From the NCBI RefSeq assembly GCF_963921235.1, contig NC_086097.1, positions 94,986,001 through 95,050,000 of the forward strand: a stretch of DNA of 64,000 bases, in the 5' to 3' direction. Positions within the stretch are counted from its first letter, which is position 1. Each line of letters opens with the position of its first letter. This DNA comes from Mobula hypostoma. Lineage: Eukaryota. Below are positions 26,985 to 40,137 of this stretch, in pieces. A program made the translations under genes and the position numbers. The notes beneath the pieces are model-generated. The model did no database searches, was not told where the DNA came from, and worked only from the letters and a program-made list of their open reading frames with translations.

Positions 26985-28985
26985 ACTCTGGGATCTTGCT
27001 TGTTGCTAGTGAGGATACAAAAATCTTTGTTAAATCCCCAGCAATCTCCTCACTTATTTCTTTACATATTCTGGGACATATGCCATCATACCTTATTTAC
27101 CTTGATATTTCTCAGAAAACCCAGCACAAGTTCCCTCCTTTATCCTTGAGTGGATTTACCCTCTCCAGAGTTATCCTTTTTCTTAACTTGAGATTCTTCT
27201 TGATCTTGTTCACCAAGGACATTTCCAGGCCCCTTTTGGCCTTTGTAATTCCCAACTTGGGCACTTTGTTGCTATCTCTGTATCCTATGAGAGCCCATTC
27301 TGATTTTAGCTTCCTTTTCCTTCCTGACTAAATTTAGGATTTCTTGTGTCTTCCAAGATTCCCTATCTTACCATCCCCATCCTTACTGCTTACTAGAATA
27401 TTCTGAGTCTGGCCCTAACCATCTGATCTTTAAACAATTACCACATGTTAGATGTAGATTTGTCTGACAACAGCTACTCCCAATCAATGCTCCTCAGCTC
27501 ATGTCCCGTCCTGTTGTAATTTGCCCTCCCCAGTTTAGTACTTTCTTTCAAGATAAAATTTTATCCTTACTCATCACTATCTTAAAACATAATGAGTCTG
27601 TTATCACTATTCCCAAAATATTCACCCATTTTCAGGTCTGTCACATGGGCATGCCTGGGCTCATTTCCCAAAAGTGAAGAAAGTTAATGGCATGTTGGCC
27701 TTCATAACATGGAGAGTTGAGGATAGGAGCAAAGAGGTCCTTCTGCAGTTGTACAGGGCCCTGGTGAGACCACATCTGGAGTATTGTGTACAGTTTTGGT
27801 CTCCAAATTTGAGGAAGGACATTCTAGCTATTGAGGGAGTGCAGTGTAGGTTCATGAGGTTAATTCCCGGGATGGCAGGACTGTCATATGTTGAAAGACT
27901 GGAGCGACTGGGCTTGTATACACTGGAATTTAGAAGGATGAGAGGGGATCTGATTGAAACATGTAAGATTATTAAGGGATTGGACAGGCTAGAGGCAGGA
28001 AACATGTTCCCGATGTAGGGGGAGTCCAGAACCAGAGGCCACAGTTTAAGAATAAGGGGTAGACAATTTAGAACGGAGTTGAGGAAAAACTTTTTCACAC
28101 AGAGGGTTGTGGTTCTGTGGAATGCTCTGCCTCAGAAGGCAGTGGAGGCCAATTCTCTGGATTCTTTCAAGAAAGAGTTAGATAGAGCTCTTAACGATAG
28201 CGGAGTGAAGGGATATGGGGAGAAGGCAGGAAAAGGGTACTGATTGTGGATGATCAGCCATGATCACAGTGAATGGTGGTGCTGGCTCGACAGGCTGAAT
28301 GGCCTACTCCTGCACCTATTGTCTATTGTCTAAAAGCATGCTTTTCCTCTCGTTGGTTCTCCAAATACTGTTTTAAGAATCCCTCTTGGATAGCCTGAAG
28401 AAATACCACCCCATCTGAGCCTTTGCCATGAAGGAAGTTCCAATTAATACTGAGTAAGCTAAGGTCCCTCACTATGGCTACCCTGTTGTTTCTGTACGTT
28501 TCCATTATCTATCAACATACTTGTTCCTCCATGACTCAGTATCTATGGGGGGAGAGGGGAATGGCTATAGTATAATTTATAGTCTAAATTCATAAGCTTA
28601 ATTGCACCTTTCTGTTCTGATTTCAGAACTGCACACAAATTGCCTCTGTGGATAAATCCTCCCTGCATACTGCTGTCATATTCTTCCTTATCAATAGTGC
28701 AGCCCCTCCATTTCTTTTAACCCCTGTATATCACGTCTAAAATAACAAAGCCAAAATGTTGAGCTGCCAGTCCTGCCTCTCACACAACCAGGTCTCTGTA
28801 ATGGCAACATTATAATTCCATGAACTAATCCGGGCTCCAAGTTCATCCTCCTAGTATTGAAATAAATGCATTTTAGCCCATCAGTCCCACCAGGTTCATT
28901 AGCCTGCACCTTGCTGTCCTTATATGTCATACTACTTTTCCTGCACTCAACCCTACCACCTGCTGCACTGTTGCTATGTTTCCCC
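26985..28985 (-). mobile_element. Old CR1 (APE region) interrupted by a young CR1
   Basis: DGLKCIYFNTR (ORF 28691-29140) and RVAIVRDL..INW (28323-28505). Confidence 0.7.
27675..28331 (+). mobile_element. Young CR1 3' fragment
   Basis: ORF 27674-28018 LVRPHLEYCVQFWSP; (TATTGTC)n tail. Confidence 0.93.
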
Positions 28986-29004
28986 AGCATGGGGGCGGGG
29001 GGGG

Positions 29005-29295
29005 GCGGTCTAAAACTAGAGGACACAGGTTTAAGATGTAAAGGGAGAGATTCAAAGGAAACTTGAGGGGCAACTTTTTCACATAGAGAATGTGGGTATG
29101 TAGAACAAGCTGCCAGATAAAGTGGTGGAGGCGGGTCCAATTACTATGTTTCAAAGACATTTAGATAGGTTCATGAACAGGAAAGGTTTAAAGCTATAAG
29201 GGCCAAACACAGGGACCTTGACAGGGCTCAGATAGGGACCTTGTTGACATGGACACCTTGGGCAAAGGGCCTGTTTCTGTGCTGTACAATTCTTT
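29005..29295 (+). mobile_element. CR1 3' tail
   Basis: AAAACTAGAGGACACAGG...GGGCCTGTTTCTGTGCTGTA. Confidence 0.75.
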
Positions 29296-29697
29296 TTCTC
29301 AGCTAATACAGGACATACTAAGCTACCATCTAGACTGGATACACATCTCCAACCACACTTTCCTCCCCCACCTTGCTCCATCTGCCTCTCATCTTTTTCT
29401 CTCCGTCTTCCTCCACCTATCATTCTCCTACTCTAACCCCCTCCTCTCCCCTCCCAACATCTTCAACCCCAGTCAACCAATCCGCTCGAAATCCTGTCTC
29501 ACCATTTCCTTTCGCCTCTTCCATCACTCCTATTGACTCTCAGTCCTGATGCAGGGTTTCAGCCCGAACTGTTGGCAATTTTCTCTCACTTCTAAAAGCT
29601 GCTGCTCAGCCCTTGAGTTCCTCCAGCAGACTGTTTGATCTGGATACTTGATTACTTTGTTTAACACGCTGACTTTACCAACTATCTCACACAGAGT

Positions 29698-29735
29698 CAG
29701 TCCTGACGAAGGGTCTCGGCCTGAAACGTCGACTG
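29698..29735 (+). ncRNA. Minimal type I hammerhead ribozyme motif (Penelope terminus)
   Basis: CAGTC-CTGACGA-AGGGTCTCGGCCT-GAAA-CG-TC^GACTG: stem I CAGTC/GACTG, intact core, palindromic ACGT stem III, GUC cleavage triplet. Confidence 0.8.
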
Positions 29736-29793
29736 CGCCTCTTCCTATAGATGCTGCTTGGCCTGCTGCGTTCACCAGCAACTTTGATGTATG
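29698..29793 (+). mobile_element. 96-bp Penelope-terminus insertion with 11-bp TSD
   Basis: TCACACAGAGT at 29687-29697 and 29794-29804. Confidence 0.85.
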
Positions 29794-29919
29794 TCACACA
29801 GAGTTACATTTTTACAAAAAATATTTTGGGATTTGTGATGTAATGATCAGACTTGCTACTCTGATCTCCTTGTTCAATATGTTTGCTTTTCTTCAGTTCA
29901 GATTGCTGGAGGGGTTCTA

Positions 29920-31504
29920 CAGTGGTGCTAGGAAGTCTGTGAACCCCATTTAAGTTTTCTATTTCTGCATAAATATGACCTAACATGTGACCTGAACTTC
30001 ACGCAGGTCCTAAAACTAGATAAAGAGAACCCAATTAAATAAATAGCACAAAAAACATCGTACTACTTCATTTATTCATTGAGAAAAACGATCCAATATT
30101 AAATGTATCTTTTGGAAAAGTATGTGAACCTCTGGGTAGTGCCTTCTACAAAAGCTATTTGGAGTCAGGAGTTCCAATCAATGAGATGAGATTGAAGGTG
30201 TGGTTTGTAGAGGTGTGACACACAAAGTGAGGTTACTGCCAGAGCCTGCTCTTCTCAAGAAAGGTCTGTTTATGTGCACCATGCCTTGATCAAAACAACT
30301 TTCAGAAGACCTTAGAAGAAGAATCGTAGAGATGCACGAAGCTGGAAAAGGTTACAAAATCATTTCTAAAGAGCTGAGTGTTCATCAGTCCACAGTAAGA
30401 GAAATTGTCTACAAATGGAGGAAACTCAGTATTATTGTTACTCTCCCTACGTGTGGGCTTCCTGCAAGGTTCACACCAAGAGCACAATGTGCATTGCTAA
30501 AGGAGGTGAAAAAGAACCCAAAAGAACAAAAGGCCTGCAGAAATCTCAAGAACTTGCTAAAATCTATGTTCATCTGTCCCCTTAAGAAAAACACTGGACA
30601 ACAATGGTGTTCATGGAAGGACACCACAGAGGAAACCACTGCTCCCCAAAAAAAAATATTGCTGTACGCCTCACATTTACAAAAGGCCACCTGGATGTTC
30701 GACAACACTTCTGGGACAATGTTCTGTGACCAGATGAGACAGAAGTTGGCAGAAATGCACATTGCTATATTTGGAGAAAAAAGGGCACTGCACACCAACA
30801 CCAAAACCTCATCCCAACTGTGAAGCAAGGCGGAGGGAGCATCATGTTTTGGGGCTGCTTTGCTGCCTCAGGGCCTGGACGGCTTGGTATCATTGAGAGA
30901 ACAATGAATTCAAAATTGTATCAAGACATTTTACGGGAGAATATCAGGGTAGCAGTCTGTCACCTGTAGCTTAATAGAAGTTGGATAATGCAACAAGACA
31001 ATGACCTGAAAGGCAAGAGAAAATCAACAACAAAATGATTTAAAAAGAAGAGATTTTTTGGAATGGCTGAATCAAAGTCCTGATCTTAATTCTATAGAAA
31101 TGCTGTAAAAGGACCTAAAGCAAGCAGTTCATGCAAAGAAGCCCACCAACATCCCAGAGTTGAAGCAGTTTTGTAAGGAGGAATGGCCTAAAATTCCTCT
31201 AAGCTGATGTGCAGGACTAATCAATAGTTACCGGAAACATTTGGTTGAAGTTATTGCTCTACAAGGGGCTCACACCAGTTACTGAAAGCAAAGATTCACA
31301 TACTTCTTCTAAGAAATACATATAATACTGGATCATTTCCCTCAACAAATAAATGAACAAGTATAATGTTTTTGTGTTATTTATTTAATTGAGTTTGCTT
31401 TATCTAGTTTTAGGACTTAGGTGAAGATATGATCACATGTTAGGTCATATTTATGCAGAAATAGAGGAAATTCTACAGGGTTCACAAACTTTCAAGCACC
31501 ACTG
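29920..31504 (+). mobile_element. Full-length defective Tc1 IR/DR transposon
   Basis: TA|CAGTGGTGCT...AGCACCACTG|TA; ~210-bp TIRs; decayed transposase from ATG 30281 (LSEDLRRRIVEMHEAGKGYKIISK, GGGSIMFWGCF, MQQDND). Confidence 0.95.
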
Positions 31505-31868
31505 TAAATTTATAGGGCAGTAATGTGGTGCCAAATATCTCCCCTTAGATATTGCCAAAGCGGAAATCAGGAGAGGTCAGAACAGTGTCAGAATGATGGC
31601 TTGAATTTTAAAATCTGATTTGTTGACAACGAAAATTCCTTTCAACCCTTTGGAACCTTAATTACAGATGTCTGTACATCAGGAGCCGTAACAGTCAATT
31701 AAGAAACTGAACAATGGACTTCTTTGTTCAAATCCAACTCTTGTCCAAGGTTCCTTTCAGACACTTCCAGACGTGGTGATCAAAGAACAGATTATCCAGA
31801 CCAGTGACAGATTTGGGCACAGATAAACATCGCTATGCCAACCTGTTCCAGCTGGCCAAATGACATAC

Positions 31869-31930
31869 CGGTCGTTGTCTTTCAGAAGGTTGGCTCCATT
31901 TCTATACTTATACAAAGGCCAGGAGCCAAT
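31869..31930 (-). CDS. Candidate penultimate coding exon IGSWPLYKYRNGANLLKDND(R)
   Basis: Acceptor TATTTTTCCTGTTAG, donor CG|GTATGT, open 62-nt frame, phase joins 19954. Confidence 0.65.
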
Positions 31931-34849
31931 CTAACAGGAAAAATACTTAAAGCCCTGAGTTTACCTCCAGCTACAATCATTTAACAATGAATTGTAAATG
32001 TGGTTCTCACTGTTGCGTGAGCTAGAAACGATCCATATGGCCTGGTAGGTAAATTAACCATTTATTGGAAGCTAGGAAGCAAACAATAACTGCCTGTACT
32101 GAGTTACAACTTTTAGCTGAAGTGCAATAAGTTATACTTCAATGAAAGGTAATCTCTGGCATCAACAATGGCTTAGTAGGAGACTCTTGTTCATTATCAC
32201 CAAGTCTAACTGCTGGATCTCCCTATTCAACATGGCTGTGGGGATACTTTCACCTTCCTGGCCTGTAGTGGTTAAAGGAGGTGACAATCCACCAACTTTT
32301 CCAGGACAGTTAGAGTTGTCTTTGTCAGTGACATCTTAATGACTGGAAACGTGTAAAACTGATAGTTATGGGTTGATTTATTTAAATACACTTATAGCTG
32401 CTTTCTTTGGTTTTATTCTCTGTTAATTGAAGCCATCCAAAATTTGATATCTATGTTCTAAATCACAATAAGTCATCTATTTTTCTCATGTTTGATCACC
32501 AACACAGCCTCACAGCTGAAAAATGCCTCAATTTTAATATCCTCGTGTTCCTTAAGTAGAAATATCTGTACCCTCCCAACTGGAACACGGCTAAGTACAG
32601 CATGACAGGCATTTTGTTCATGATGTCTGTGCTTAACACAGTGTCGACTTAAACCAGATCACTTCTGACTGTTCATGACCACATCCTGCCATTCCCTGCA
32701 CGTTCATGTGTCTATCTAGACACCTCTTAATCACCTCTATCCCACTATCATAACTCCTTCCAGAAGTTCTGAAGTATTTTGTATGCCCAAATTTAACACT
32801 AGTTGCCATGCCTTCGGCTGCCAATATCCTAAGTTTCGGAAATTCATTACTTAATCAACCCACCATTCGATTTCTCTTTGGAGGGGCTCTTTAAAGTTTA
32901 CAGGCCAGTGAATCTTATATCAATATTAAGAAAACATTGGAAAAAAAATCTAAGGGACAGGAACTATCTTCACTTTATTAGGTAGAGTAACCATGCCTTT
33001 CTGAGGGGAAGTCCTATCCTTTAGATATGATCGAGCTTTTTTGAGGAAGTAAGAAAGGGGAGATACGTGCTGACTACCTGAACTTTAGTAAAGTCTTTGA
33101 CAGGGTCCTGTATGATATTGGTCCAGAAGGTTAGAGCTTATGGGATCCACAGTAGGTTGGCAAACTGTATCCAAAATTGGGTTGGTAATAGGAGGCAGTA
33201 ATAGGGTTGGTAAATGGTGGTGGAGAGATGCATTTTTTGACTGAAAGTTTAAGACCAGTGATGTAGATTCCTCCCAGTTCTCCTCTAAATTTCCTTTTAA
33301 CCAAAGTCCTCTTGTTTTAGACATCACCAAGATGGGAAAAAGATTCTTACTTTCTATCCTATCCATAATTTTGGATACTTCTTTCAGGCCATTCCTCAGC
33401 CTCCTTTTCCAGGCTATCTTCTTTCTTTAATTACCTGCTACCTTTTGTGAGTGGATGCAGCAGAACAGCAGAAATTTAATCCGGTCCATATGCGTGAGGG
33501 TTCACTTCGTCCTATTTGATCTTAAAACTTCTTCAACTGGCAAGTAATAATTTTACCAGATCAGTTATGGTAGAAAACACACTACACTGAAACCATAACT
33601 TCACAGCCCACTGAAGTTGCTGCTCAACTCCATCAAACCAAACAGAAACAAACCTAATTTAACACACGTACTAACTATGTGTGGCTCAGGTCCTCAGATT
33701 AGGATGTGGACAATCTGCCACAGTCACATCACAATCTACCTTGTTACGATCTTGCACCTTATTGTTTACCTGTCCTGTAACTAACACTTATTCTGCACTC
33801 AGTTATTGTTTTACCTTGTACTACCTCAATGTAATGAATTAATCTGTATGAATAGCTTGCAAGACAAGTTTTTCACTGTATCTTGATACATGAGACAATA
33901 ATAAAGCAATTCCAACTCTGATTCTCTGCAGTTTACCTTAACTTACTCTGCCCCACTCCTTAAGAACCTATTGTCTAAACCACTTTATACATTGGGAGCG
34001 GATAGACGCTCACAAACTATCCACCCAGCTCCTCTGTCACCCATCACCTACTCCTTTTGAGCAGGAATCTGCGGTTCCCACACTGGTATCCACACCCATC
34101 TCAGAACTCACAGAATCAGAGTGGAAGCAAGTCATGCTTGAACATTAGGGACTGCCCGCCCAAGAAGAACAGCACTTGGGGTCAGACACTGTCACTCCAG
34201 TGAAGGGTGTGGAGAAGGGTCATAAGTCCATTGCCTTCAAGTCTTGTGCTGTACAGTCTTAAAGGCAAGGTCTGGGAGCTATGGAAATGCAGCCCACAGC
34301 AGCTTCTCTTCCACCGCGGGTTCACAGATCTTTGAAATGCAATAAAAACTGCAGATGCTGTGAGTCTGAAGTTAAAATAAAAAATGCTGTGGATACTCAG
34401 AAGGTTACCTTTACAGTCCTGATGAAAAGCTCTTCAACATGAAACATTAACCTCTGCCGTTTTCTCTACAGATGCTGCTTGACCTACTGAGCATTGCCAG
34501 AACTTTTTCTGCTTCTATTGCATATAGCAAAGTGAGCTAACAAAGCCTTTTAAAAAGTACAAGCAAGAAACTGGGTCTAAAAACGGAATGTTGGAAACTC
34601 CTGCTGGGATTCATGTTTGGAGAAGAATAACAGAAAAGAAGAAGAGTTAAGTTAAACAAATAGAAGCTTGGCTAGACCAGATTTAGAATAGCGAAGACAA
34701 CTGTAACTTCAAGGTTACAAAGGCATTAGAAAGATACAATAATAGAGACAAAGGAGTAAAGCCAGAACGGAGTCTAGAACTATCAGCATAGATTGAAACA
34801 ATTAAGAGTGATGCCATCAACAGATGAATTTCTCATATTGTCTTACAAT

Positions 34850-35140
34850 AATCAAGGCTATTCAGCCTTCTGAGTCAATGCTGACTCTCAAGGCAATCCC
34901 ACAAGTCTCATTCTCCCATTTATTTCCCTGTAATTAATTATCTCTTACACACACACACACACACACTCCATCCCCAATTCTCCTGTCACCCAACTACACC
35001 AGAATTTATTGCATTAATCTAGCAGTCACGTTTTGAATGTTGGGGAAACCAGAGTGCCTACAGTCACAGGGAGAACCTGCAATTCTGCACAGCCAGTACA
35101 GGAAATCAGGATTAAACTCAGGTCACTAGAGCCGCGCAGC
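34850..35140 (-). mobile_element. HE1/V-SINE-type SINE (degraded)
   Basis: GGGGAAACCAGAGTGCC...CACAGGGAGAACCTGCAA...GGATTAAACTCAGGTC core. Confidence 0.6.
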
Positions 35141-36334
35141 AAAGGAAAATAAGTCCATTTGTATGGGAGTCTAAACGAATATACAATAAATCTAAAACAG
35201 AAATAAAACAAAACATTTTAATCCAAAGAATGGCTGGAATGGGAAACCTGTTCTCACAAGAAGAGGCCAAGACACAAATGTATATAAGGCCAGGCAGGAA
35301 ATGAAGAAAAGGAGCAGAGAGTTTGGTCGATTGAGCTTGGTGAGCAGTGTTGATAGTGATTTTTATACCAGTCATCATTTAGGTGAAATGGGTGCTGGCT
35401 TAGTAAAATAGCTTGGTTGCTCATTAAAGAACTCAGATGAATATCACTTCATTCAATTTCTGAGAGTTAACCGGCGGCAAACACCACAATCTTTATTCGA
35501 ATCTACTGAACCCAAGCCAGCACAGATGTTAGTGTAGTACACATTACTCCTTTCCAATGGAAAGTATTTCTGGTGTTCAAACTAAAAACGTAATTATGAG
35601 TATTTAATATCATAACTAATGTTCTCATCCAAAGCAACTATGGTGACTAAATAATGAACATAGTGAAGTAATTTGATATGATTAATTTTAGAAAAAATAA
35701 GTTATGTCATTACAAAGCGATAAATCGATTTCCCCTGAATCATTCCTTTACTTCTCCCTCCACCCCATCTCCCCACCCCCTTCCCACTCAACTCCCAGCT
35801 TTGATACGTTTCCATCTGGCCGGCCAGCAGCACCTTGCCTTCCACTGCTCTATCTGGCCAGAACAGCTGCCTCATTTATTCCACTGATAATCCCCACACT
35901 TCTAATGTTATCTTCTTTAGTATATCCGAACAATTTCCACTCCCCCAACAACTCTGCTCTAACCCCATTACACTGTTAATACAAAGCTCAAGGATGCAGA
36001 AGGAAAAACCACGGTTAAAATAGCCCATTATCATTCTGAGCTGGACCAAGTATATGAAGTAATTTGACCACACTGTCAGTGTAGGGAGAGGAATGCCAGG
36101 GGTGGAGATGGAGGCCTCTGCTCATTGCTTCTTTGTTCTCATTTCAACATATAGACTCTTTCTTCATGGTATCATTGGATCTAAGATATCTTCTGCAACC
36201 TCAGAGAACTTCTCCTGATTTTTGTTTGCAAGCCAAGACAATGATTACTTGAGGGCTTTTCCACAGAGGGGAACAGACTAAGATATTAACCTAAGCTTAG
36301 TCAACTTTGATCCGCTTGTACTTTCCAAATTAGT

Positions 36335-36615
36335 GCAGCACTATTACAGCTTGGGGCATTCCAGAGTAGAGAGTTCAATTCCAATGCTGTCTGTACATTC
36401 TCCCTGTGAGCACACGTGTATCCTCCGGTTTCCTCTGACAGTCCAAAGACATACTGGTTAGTAGGTTAACTGGCCATTGGAAATTGTCCCGTGATTAGGC
36501 TAGGATTAAATAGTTGGGTTGCTGGGCGAAGCGGCTTGTTGGGCCAGAAGGGCCTGTTCGTGCTGTACCTCTAAATACATAAATAGATAGATAGATAAAT
36601 CAATCAATCAATCAG
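36335..36615 (+). mobile_element. HE1/V-SINE-type SINE
   Basis: GAGTTCAATTCC B-box-like head; CTCCGGTTTCCTC..CCAAAGAC..GGTTAACTGGCCATTG core; GGGCCAGAAGGGCCTGT CR1-type tail; tetranucleotide repeat end. Confidence 0.8.
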
Positions 36616-36768
36616 TAAGTATTCAGAGACGGAAGTTAGGCTATAGACCAAAGATGCACACTCCATTCTCCAGGCTGGATGGCATCAGCTAACTCCAAAC
36701 AGAAAGGGGGACAAATTTAGGATCTCTACAGTTTATGATTCAGGGCAATTAAACAATGCCTTTACATC

Positions 36769-36966
36769 ACAAACAAGAGAAACTCTGCAGATGCTGGAAA
36801 TCCGAGCAACACACATACAAAATGCTGGAGGAACTCAGCAGGCCAAGCAGCACCTATGGAAAAAAAGTACAATCGATGGAAAGATCTTGGTCTGAAACAT
36901 CAACTGTACTTTTTTCCAGAGATGCTGCCTGGCCTGCTGAGTTCCTCTAGCATTTTGTCTAAGTTG
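36769..36966. mobile_element. Foldback of two inverted Penelope termini with 15-bp TSD
   Basis: ~70-bp inverted arms; CAATGCCTTTACATC at 36754-36768 and 36967-36981. Confidence 0.85.
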
Positions 36967-38808
36967 CAATGCCTTTACATCTCAAGGCTTGCAATTTATT
37001 TCGAACTGTAGATACATAAACTAGTTAATGGATGAACTTGTGTGGCTCTTGTTATATTACAAGCTTGTCCACTAAAATCAAATCACAAAGGACATTTTAA
37101 ACATTTGCATATGATTGCTGCAGCTCTCCCCTTGACTACAAAGGAAGGGGGCATAGTTTACATTCTTTGTTGTGCTGGGTGAAAAGTCATTATGATCTTA
37201 CATGCTGTATTTAGTGGGCTAGTTCATTATGGTTTCTGAATGGGCTGCCTGTACCTAATCCAATTAAGACTTTTGGAGGTCTGGAAATAAAACAAGTATT
37301 GAAGGTGCCGACATGGGCCGTGGCCATCAATTATGCAGGCCCACATGTCAATTATTTCCTTTTGGCAACTGGATTCATTTGCTACAAATAATGAGCTGTG
37401 ATTTGGAATTCCATTCCCCAAGGTTACTAAGTAATCTAAACTCTGGTTCATGGAGATTCAATTTTTATTCTCAGCCACATACCTCCAAATGGTGGAACCT
37501 AGACAGACCACATGTACTTTGTGCTTTGCTGGTTTTCTTGTCTCAGACATAGTTCAGTAGGCAGCACTCTTTCTGCTGAATACAGACAAGAACACAACAG
37601 GGAGGGCATCATCAGCCAGGCAATGGTAGAGCAAGCCCCAATGAAAAGTAGAAATGATGATATAGGTTCACTTCTGTAACAGACTATATGGCGTGTTGCT
37701 TCTCTGGTGCCATAGTACATGAAGTCACTCAGAGGACAAAGAACTTTTGGCAATTAAAAGAAGAACAGCTGGAGGTCATGGGCTTTGGGTTCCAATGACA
37801 CAGGAAGGAAAGAGATTGCGGTAGGTCCTGAGATCAGTATTTCAGGAACCAAGAATGAAACCAGGGCGGCAATCTCGGTATTATCCATAGGGCCACCTGC
37901 TGACTTAAACTAAATACAGTTTGTGAGTGGCAAGTGCAAGTTGCCACATGGGTTGTTAATAACAGAGACCGAGATGAACATGGGGAAATTACAAGGTGGG
38001 AAGAGGGGCAGCCAAACATTATTAAAAAATTATAGTCTTGGAGAGAGAAGATTCATCAGAGGGTTGAAAGAAAGACTCTACTCCTCAATGATTGGGAAAT
38101 CCTAACAGACATTAATCAGGGTAAAGTCACTGCTACTCGGAAATGGATGGGTTAATCTATGATAGTGAGCACAGATTTGTTTGATTGTATCTGATGACTT
38201 GCAATCACATTTGACTAATGATTCTGAGCATATAACAGAGACAAGCGCTTGAGGGTTACCAGGATGGTGTGCAGAAAGTCTTTCAAAAGATATTTGATAA
38301 ACCAGTTATTAAATGTCAGCAAATTACAGTTACTTATAGGTGAAACTACTCCCAGAAGCAATGAAGGTCTGGTGACATATTTCTAAATCACAATGGTGTG
38401 TAACTTGAGAAAGAGGCTACAGACAGTGGTATTCCTTTGGGCCTGTTGCCTTTGTAGGTGGTAAAGATAACAAGCTGGATAGTCCTCTTAAACCGGCCTA
38501 GGTGAGTTACTGCTGTAGATCATAGTTGTAGTTTTGTTGATGACTTTGTTGCAAAGTTTGCAAATGATACGAAGATAGTTGGAAGGGCAGGTAGTTTTCA
38601 GAAAGTAGAGAGGCTATAGGAGGACAGATAAATTAGGAGAAAGGGGAAAGAAATGGCAGATGGAATACAGTGTCGGGAAGTGTATGGTCATGGACTTCGG
38701 TAGAAGAAATAAAAGGGTAGACTATTTTCTAAATGGAGAGAAAATCCAAAAATCTGAGGTGCAAAGGGACTTGGGAAGCCTTGTGCAGGATTCCCTCAAC
38801 GTTAATTT

Positions 38809-40137
38809 CATGATCTCTTTGCCTCTATCTCTGGAGACAGCCTATCTACTGATGTCTATTATAAACCCATTGATTCTCACAGCTATTTGGACTATACCTC
38901 TTCCCACCCCGTTACTTGTAAAAATTGCCACCCCATTTTGTCAATTCTCCTGCCTCCGCTGCATCTACTCTCGGCTTTTCATTCCGGAACAGCTGAATAC
39001 CCTTCTTCAAAGAAAGGGGCTTCCCTTCCTCCACCATCAATGCTGCCCTCAACCGCATCTCTTTCATTTTGACATGTCTGCCTTCACCCCATCCTCCTGC
39101 CACTCCCCCAGGGATAGGGTTCCTCTTGTCCTCACCTACCCCCACCAGCCTCTGCGTTCAGCCCGTAATTTTCCGTAACTTCAGCCATCTCCAATGGGAT
39201 CCCATCACCAAGCACATCTCCCACCCACCCCATTTCCTGCTTTCTGCAGGGATCGCTCCCTACTCAGCTCCCTTGTCCATTCGTTCCTCCCCACTGATCT
39301 CCCTCCTGGCACTTATCTTTGCAGGCATAACAAGTGCTACACCTGTCTCTACACTTCCTCCCTCACTACCATTCAGGGCCCCATACAGTCCTTCCATGTG
39401 AGATGACACTTCACCTGTGAGTCTGTTGGGGTCATCGACTGTATCAGATGCTCCCGGTGTGGCCTCCTGTGTATCGGTGAGACCTGACATAGATTGGGAA
39501 ACCGCTTCTCCAAGCACCTATGCTCTGAACATCAGAAAAAGTGGGATCTCCCAATGGCCGCCGATTTTAATTCCACTTCCCTTTTCTATTCTGACATGTC
39601 AGTCCATGGCCTCCTCTACTGTTGTGATGAAGCCACACTCAGGTTGGAGGAGCAACACCTTATATTCCATCTGGGCAGCCACAAACCTGATGGCATGAAC
39701 ATTGACTCCTCTAACTTCTGGTACTACCCCCACCCCAATCACAATTCCTAATTCCCATTTCCCTCTCTCACCTTATCTCCTTACTTGCCTATTACCTCCC
39801 CCTGGTGCTCCTCCCCCTTTTCTTTCTTCAATGGCCTTCTGTCCTCTCCTGTCAGGTTCCTCCTTCTCCAGCCCTGTATCTCTTTTACCAACTTCCCAGC
39901 TCTTTAATTCTTCCCTCCAACCCTCCCCACCTCCCAGTTTTACCTATCACCTCCCCTCCCCCCCGCTTCTAACTCTGACTCCTCATCTGTTTTCCTCCAG
40001 TCCTGATGAAGGGTCTCGGCCCGAAACGTTGACTGTTTACTCTTTTCCAAAGATGCTGCCTGGCCTGCTGAGTTCCTCCAGCATTTTGTGTGTGTTGCTT
40101 GGATTTCCAGCATCTGCAGGTTTTTTTCTTGCTTGAG
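38809..40137 (+). mobile_element. Penelope-like retroelement, 5'-truncated (RT thumb, GIY-YIG, terminus)
   Basis: STDVYYKPIDSHSYLDYTSSHP; CRHNKCYTC; FTCESVGVIDCIRCSRCGLLCIGET; LEEQHLIFHLGSHKPDGMNID; GTTAATTT duplicated at 38801 and 40138. Confidence 0.92.
39998..40035 (+). ncRNA. Hammerhead ribozyme motif in the Penelope terminus
   Basis: CAGTC-CTGATGA-A-GGG TCTCGG CCC-GAAA-CG-TT^GACTG. Confidence 0.78.

Noticed and set aside
35100..35215. Strong minus-strand acceptor at ~35191
   Set aside because: Runs into a SINE with no credible donor.
37247..37300. Minus-strand acceptor TTGTTTTATTTCCAG with a 26-nt micro-exon
   Set aside because: Weak donor; joining it to the phase-0 exon at 31930 gives a stop.
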